Program-made: the position numbers and the translations under genes | In this document: in pieces, positions 58,804 to 64,000 of the stretch | How positions within the stretch are numbered: the first letter of the stretch is position 1 | Layout of the letters: each line of letters starts with the position of its first letter | From: a bacterium | Lineage (GTDB): Bacteria; UBA8248 | Length of the DNA: 64,000 nt | Assembly: GCA_965221165.1 (NCBI GenBank) | Contig: CBDCRP010000003.1 | Coordinates: 32,001 to 96,000 of the forward strand | Direction: 5' to 3' | Notes under the pieces: model-generated | Seen by the model: only the letters and a program-made list of their open reading frames with translations | Told to the model about the DNA's origin: nothing | The model's database searches: none

Positions 58804-60440
58804 CTAGATTTTCGGGCCGGCCGCCGCGACGTCCGGCGTCACCCGATCCGCGAACTGCTCGAAATTCTCCCGGAACGCTCCGGCGAGCTCGCGTATTTTC
58901 TCGTCGTATTTTTCAGAACTCGTCCAGAGCTTTCTGGGGACCATGAATTCATCGGATACATCGGGACAACTTATGGGAACATGGAGATCGAATATCGGCA
59001 CGTTCTGGGTGGGAACATTGGCGAGCTCGCCCGTTAAGGCGGCCGTCAAGAGCGCGCGCGTATGATGCAGGGGCATTCTGTCGACCTCGCCGGCCGCTCC
59101 GCCGATCCAGCCTGTGTTGACGAGCCAGACTTGTGCGTCGTGCTTCTTGAGCCTGTCCCTGAGCATCTCGCCGTATTCGGCGGGGTGTAAGGCCAGGAAG
59201 GGTGCTCCGAAACAACTGCTGAACGTGGCCATCGGCTCATCGACGCCCGCCTCGGTGCCCGCCACTTTCGCCGTATAGCCGGAGAGGAAATGGTAGGCGG
59301 CCTGTTCGGGCGTGAGTTTGCTGATGGGGGGCAGGACGCCGAATGCGTCGCAAGTAAGGAAGAATACGTTTTTCGGGTGCCCGCCCATGCCTGAGAGTAC
59401 GCAATTGTCGATGAAATGCGTAGGGTAGGTGGCGCGCGTGTTTTCCGTTATCGACATGTCGTCATAGTCGATCTCCCGCGTTTCGTGGTCGACGATGACG
59501 TTTTCGAGAACGGACCCAAAGCGGATCGCATCCCAAATCTGGGGCTCTTCCGCTCTCGTGAGATTGATGGTTTTTGCGTAGCAGCCCCGCCTTCGAAATT
59601 GAAGATGCCCGAATCCGACCACCCGTGCTCATCGTCGCCGATGAGTTTTCGGTTCTGATCGGCGGAGAGCGTGGTCTTGCCCGTGCCGGAAAGTCCAAAG
59701 AAAAGGGCCGTATCCCCATCGTGGCCCATATTCGCCGAACAATGCATCGGAAAGACGCCTTTTTGCGGAAGCAGGTAGTTCATGATGAAAAAGGCGGATT
59801 TCTTCATCTCTCCGGCGTATTCCGAGCCGCCGATGAGCGCCATGTTTTTCTCAAAATTCACGAGCGTGAAATTATTTTGCCGGAGTCCTTCCGCCGGCCC
59901 TGCTCCCAGGAACTTACCCATATCGATCACCGTGAAGGGGGTTTCGTGATTTTCCAGTTCACCGGGTTTGGGGCGCACAAGGAGGGTCTGGCAGAACATC
60001 GAGTGCCACGCCTGTTCGGAAATAACGCGCACGGGGAGCTTGTAACGCGGGTCGTTTCCCACAAATCCGTCGAAGATAAAAAGGTCGCGCTTTTGGGCGT
60101 AACTGGCGATTTTCTGGAAAATGTTGTCCCAGTTTTCGGTCGATATTTTCTGGTTGATGGGTCCCCACCATATCTTCTCGTTGGAAGGCCCCTGGTCTAC
60201 CGTGAATTTATCCTTTGGGGAGCGACCCGAGAATTTGCCGGTATGGACCACGAGCGCGCCATTGGTGGCGAGGTATCCTTCGCCGCGCGCAACCGCCATT
60301 TCATTCAATTCTGCGATGGGAAGATTCCGGTAAACGGTTCCAATATTTTTGAGACCCAGTTTGTCTAGACCAAACGTTTTTTCCGTTCCTATGCTCGCAC
60401 GTGAGGGGGTTCCCTTTCCTCCCTCCTTGGCTTGTGCCAT
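58804..60440 (-). CDS. pckA: Phosphoenolpyruvate carboxykinase (ATP), frameshift at the G-run near 59586
   Basis: GRSPKDK, YAGEMKKS, FFGLSGTGKTTLS, IGDDEHGW, FNFEGG|CYAK, ENTRATYP, FLSGYTAK, LVNTGW. Confidence 0.93.
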
Positions 60441-60648
60441 GTGTTGCTTCCTCCCGGGAGTCGAATTTCAGTGCAACAGTTTCGCTCGTCTGCGGAGCAT
60501 TTTCCTGAATTGTCTTGCGAATTGCGTACGAATCCGCCCAAAGAATGTCGCAATATGCCTCGCAGAGTGGAAGAAGTCAAAAGCAAATCGGGGCAGTTTG
60601 CACCTCTCCGCCGCGCAAATTCTTTCAGGTTTTATCGATTACCCACGT

Positions 60649-61725
60649 CTATCTGGTGACTTCAATTTTTTTCCGGTAGAAGGGCAGGCTCTCGACTATT
60701 GCCTCCACATCGCCCCCTTGAACATCCACCTTCACATGCGTGCCCGGCTCCATCTGGGCGCGGGGCAGATACGAAAAAGCCAAAACGGCGCCGACCGTAG
60801 GGCAATATGCGGCGCGGGTGATGGCGCCGATGCTTTTCTCGTCGGAATAGACGGCGGCTCCCGGCCCGGGCGCAGCGTCTATGCTGATTTTGAGCCCTAC
60901 AAGTCCACGGTTCACCTGGCCCAGATACTTGATCTTGGCGATGACTTCCTGACCGATGTAGCAGCCTTTCTCAAAGTCGATGGCTTTTTCCTCGAGCCCC
61001 GCCTGCATGGGATTGACTGCGGAAGTCATGTCTTTCCCGAAGAGCGGCACTCCGGCCTCCAGGGTGAGCGATTCAAGGGCGGTAAGGCCCGCCGGCTTCG
61101 CCCCCGCATCCGATAGTGCGCACCAGACGGATTCCGCCTCCTCGCAAGGCCCCATGAGAAGATATCCGTCTTCCCCTGTCCAAAATTCACGGGCTATTAT
61201 CACACCGCCAGCCGTCGCGTGGCCGTGTTCATCGAGCGAAAGCTCACCCATGCCCGCTTTGGCGATGATTTCCCGTGAAGCCGGACCGAAGAGCCCGATA
61301 CAAAACAATTTTTCCGTCTCGTTCACCACTTCCACCTGGTCCATGATGATGAATCTGTCGATTTCTTCGGCGAGCGTATCCGCCATTCCCGGAGCTACGG
61401 AAGCGACGACGGAGGCTTCGCCTTTGTACATATACAGATCGGAGATAAACTTTCCCTGTCTCGTGAGAAAGGTGTTGTATGTTCCCTCTCCGGGCTTTAG
61501 CTCTTTTACGCGGTTCGAAAGCATGCGGTGGAGGAATTCTTCCGTGTCCGGGCCGCTGAAGCGCAAGCAGCCCCTGTGGGAGAGATCGACCAGGATGGCG
61601 CTTTCCCGGCACGCGAGGTGCTCGGATGCCGCGTCTCCGAACGTCGCGGGGATTTCCCATCCCGCTTCTTCTGTGAGGTGGGCGTTGGCCGCCTGATGCA
61701 AGGCAAGCAAGGGAGTGGCTGGCAT
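60649..61725 (-). CDS. ygfZ: YgfZ/GcvT-like folate-binding protein
   Basis: KGCYIGQEV YgfZ motif on a GcvT scaffold. Confidence 0.85.
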   Translation of the reverse strand: MPATPLLALHQAANAHLTEEAGWEIPATFGDAASEHLACRESAILVDLSHRGCLRFSGPDTEEFLHRMLSNRVKELKPGEGTYNTFLTRQGKFISDLYMYKGEASVVASVAPGMADTLAEEIDRFIIMDQVEVVNETEKLFCIGLFGPASREIIAKAGMGELSLDEHGHATAGGVIIAREFWTGEDGYLLMGPCEEAESVWCALSDAGAKPAGLTALESLTLEAGVPLFGKDMTSAVNPMQAGLEEKAIDFEKGCYIGQEVIAKIKYLGQVNRGLVGLKISIDAAPGPGAAVYSDEKSIGAITRAAYCPTVGAVLAFSYLPRAQMEPGTHVKVDVQGGDVEAIVESLPFYRKKIEVTR

Positions 61726-61881
61726 TTGTTTCCTCTCTGGCGCATTGTTTGATTCAATGCATGAAACGATTATCCGGCAACTATTTCAACAGGCTCTATT
61801 CTACGCATTTAGCAAGAGTGAAGTGAAACGATTAAGGGAAATGTATTTTAACTCTATCCGCGCGAGGAGGCGAGGTCGAGA

Positions 61882-62757
61882 ATGGGTGAGAAACTTGGAT
61901 TCATCGGTCTGGGTAAGATGGGAACTCCTTTGACCCGGAATCTCATGGCTGAGGGCCATGAGGTATGTGGTTTCGACGTCGACGAGATGCGCATGGAACA
62001 ACTCAGAGAAGCCGGCGGAACTCCTTGCGTGAACGCAAGGGAGGTGGCCGAGCGATCAGACGTGGTTTTCACAATGCTACTCAAGCCCGAGCACATCGAA
62101 ATGAATACCATCGGGCCGGAGGGAATCGCCTCCGCGGGGAAGGAAGGTCTCATTCTCATCGAGATGAGCACGATGAACCCTACGTGGTCCGCAGGCTTGG
62201 CGAAGAAACTGGAGGCGAGAGGCGTGGAGATGGTCGATGCCCCCGTTTCGGGAACGGTGCCGCACGTAGAATCGAGGACGCTGGCTTACATGGTGGGCGG
62301 GAAAAAGGAGATTTTCGAGCATATCAAGCCCATCATCGAACCCCTGGCGAAAAGCGTCCTCCATACCGGACCCAACGGCACGGGCTGCTCCATGAAGCTG
62401 GTGACCAACCTGATAACGAACGCCGGCGTCGCAGTGCTGGCCGAAGGTTTGCTCCTGGGCGAGCGCTCAGGACTGTCTCACGATACGATTATGGATTGCC
62501 TGCGCTCGGGAGCGGTAGCGGGTGCTCTTCTGGAGATCAAAGGGGAGAAGATCCTCACGCGCGATTTCACGCCCCATGGTTCCATTGGAATATACGTGAA
62601 AGATCTCGGCCTTTGCGTTGACCTCGCGAAAGAAAAAGGATTTGATGCGTTTATGACGCAAGCGGGGCTCGAGATGTTCAAGCGTGCGCAAGACGCGGGC
62701 TGGACGGAGGACGATTGCGCGCGCGTGGTGGAGGTGTATGAGGGGAAAGACCAATAG
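61882..62757 (+). CDS. NAD(P)-dependent 3-hydroxyisobutyrate dehydrogenase family protein
   Basis: GFIGLGKMG, EMST, DAPVSG, KLVTN, KDL. Confidence 0.9.
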   Translation: MGEKLGFIGLGKMGTPLTRNLMAEGHEVCGFDVDEMRMEQLREAGGTPCVNAREVAERSDVVFTMLLKPEHIEMNTIGPEGIASAGKEGLILIEMSTMNPTWSAGLAKKLEARGVEMVDAPVSGTVPHVESRTLAYMVGGKKEIFEHIKPIIEPLAKSVLHTGPNGTGCSMKLVTNLITNAGVAVLAEGLLLGERSGLSHDTIMDCLRSGAVAGALLEIKGEKILTRDFTPHGSIGIYVKDLGLCVDLAKEKGFDAFMTQAGLEMFKRAQDAGWTEDDCARVVEVYEGKDQ

Positions 62758-62799
62758 CATTCATCGTTGGTTTCATGGCGATTCGATAGGAGACGGACA

Positions 62800-63981
62800 A
62801 TGGCGAAAGGCGCACCGGCTGAATCCAGAAACTTCAAATTAATAGGGCACGACCCGGATGCGGCATGGGGAGGCGGGAGTCTCGTCGAGGTGAAAAATGG
62901 ATACGCCTATGTCGGGGCCGTGGGAACGGCGAGTTATGACGGACCCGAGGGCTGGACAGTTCACGACGTATCAGACCCCAGCAAGCCGAGACGAATCACC
63001 GAAGTGTTCGCCCCTCCCGGACTGCACAACCACAAAGTCCGCATCGTGGGGGATGATCTCCTTTACGTGAATCACGAACGCTTAAAGACGCCGGAAGGAG
63101 AAAAGGCGAGGGCAGGGGTATGTATTTTCGATATCAGCAATCCATCCCAGCCGAAAGAAGTGGGTTTTTACGAACTGCCCGGATCGGGGCCGCACAGATT
63201 CGGCGTCGACAACGGGCGCGGCCTCGCATTTTTCCCGAACCATGCCGAAGGGTGGAGAAACCGGGTCATGTGGACCCTGGACATCAAAGACCCCTTAAAG
63301 CCCGAAGTGCTCAACATCGTCGGTCTCCCGCAGCAGGATCTGAGCCTCGATTATGAATACGAGGAGCCGGATGATTTCGAACGCTCATGGACGTGCCACG
63401 GGCCGGCCACCATTCGCGGGAATCGTATGTACTGCGGCTTCTGGGGAGCGGGTATGGGTATTTTCGATTGTACGGATCTGCGCAACATCACCTGCGTGGG
63501 AAACCTCTGCTGGTCGCCACCCTTCATCGGCTCCACGCACACCGTATGGCCGCTCGGCGACAGGCCGTACGTGGTGGTGACGGACGAGGCGCGCGCCCAG
63601 GAAAACTACGAACACAGCCAGTTCATGTGGGTGGTGGACATCCGGGATGAGACGAACCCGATTCCCATTTCCACCTACATACCCGACAGGGAAGAGAACA
63701 TGAACCGGGGCGGCCGCTTCGGCGCGCACAATATTCTGGAATACGTTCCTGCGGATGGCCCCTGGAAAGACATTATTTTCCTCACCTATTTCAATTCAGG
63801 TTTAAGGGCGGTTGATCTTTCAGACCCCTTCCAGCCCAAAGAAATCGGGCACTACATACCCGAACTCAACTTCGGGAAAGACTATGCGCAGTCGAACGAC
63901 ATCGGCATGGACGAGAACGGCCTGCTGTATCTGATCGACCGCAATGGAGCGGGGATGCACATCCTGGAGTACACCGGATAA
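62800..63981 (+). CDS. LVIVD-repeat beta-propeller protein
   Basis: Repeated (V/I)xDVSDP..P strands, FGAHN, YFNSGLRAVDLSDP, DRNGAGMHILE; SD AGGAG. Confidence 0.8.
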   Translation: MAKGAPAESRNFKLIGHDPDAAWGGGSLVEVKNGYAYVGAVGTASYDGPEGWTVHDVSDPSKPRRITEVFAPPGLHNHKVRIVGDDLLYVNHERLKTPEGEKARAGVCIFDISNPSQPKEVGFYELPGSGPHRFGVDNGRGLAFFPNHAEGWRNRVMWTLDIKDPLKPEVLNIVGLPQQDLSLDYEYEEPDDFERSWTCHGPATIRGNRMYCGFWGAGMGIFDCTDLRNITCVGNLCWSPPFIGSTHTVWPLGDRPYVVVTDEARAQENYEHSQFMWVVDIRDETNPIPISTYIPDREENMNRGGRFGAHNILEYVPADGPWKDIIFLTYFNSGLRAVDLSDPFQPKEIGHYIPELNFGKDYAQSNDIGMDENGLLYLIDRNGAGMHILEYTG

Positions 63982-64000
63982 TCGTCATGGGCCGGCGTCC

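Overview
GC-rich bacterial chromosomal segment from a diderm (DcaP-type porin, ccsA-hemACDB operon). It is densely coding, with about 65 genes, one tRNA-Gly(GCC), no CRISPR array and no integrase or transposase. Housekeeping loci (pyrDK, hem, glnA, mtaB, pckA, ygfZ, plsC, ClC, thiolase/crotonase/acyl-CoA dehydrogenase/meaB) are mixed with many catabolic enzymes of unknown substrate (amidase, VOC, SDR, LLM, cupin, xanthine-dehydrogenase-family Mo enzyme subunits, nitrilase, alpha/beta hydrolase, ABC/MFS/EamA transporters). The strongest hidden signal is two probable selenoproteins that the ORF track breaks. One is a two-domain rhodanese with TGA exactly at the catalytic Cys (AY-U-QTGYRAA) followed by a clean SECIS-like hairpin, transcribed divergently from a Mo-hydroxylase. 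The other is a DsbA/FrnE-like protein with a U-P-W-C redox motif. Other notable items: a stand-alone two-gene ADP-ribosyltransferase-like toxin/antitoxin candidate; a GlnR-like regulator with phased GAAAC boxes at glnA; an identical 27-bp operator-like element at two loci 29 kb apart; Mo-hydroxylase subunits split into complementary incomplete clusters; two non-canonical starts (ATC, CTG); a CGTC-type REP doublet; a diverged GNAT 3' duplication flanking a lipoprotein gene; and a metallophosphoesterase deletion scar. At least seven genes carry small frameshifts, mostly at homopolymers, which suggests long-read assembly errors. Single-base claims should therefore be checked against reads. All family calls are from motif recognition by eye; no searches were run.
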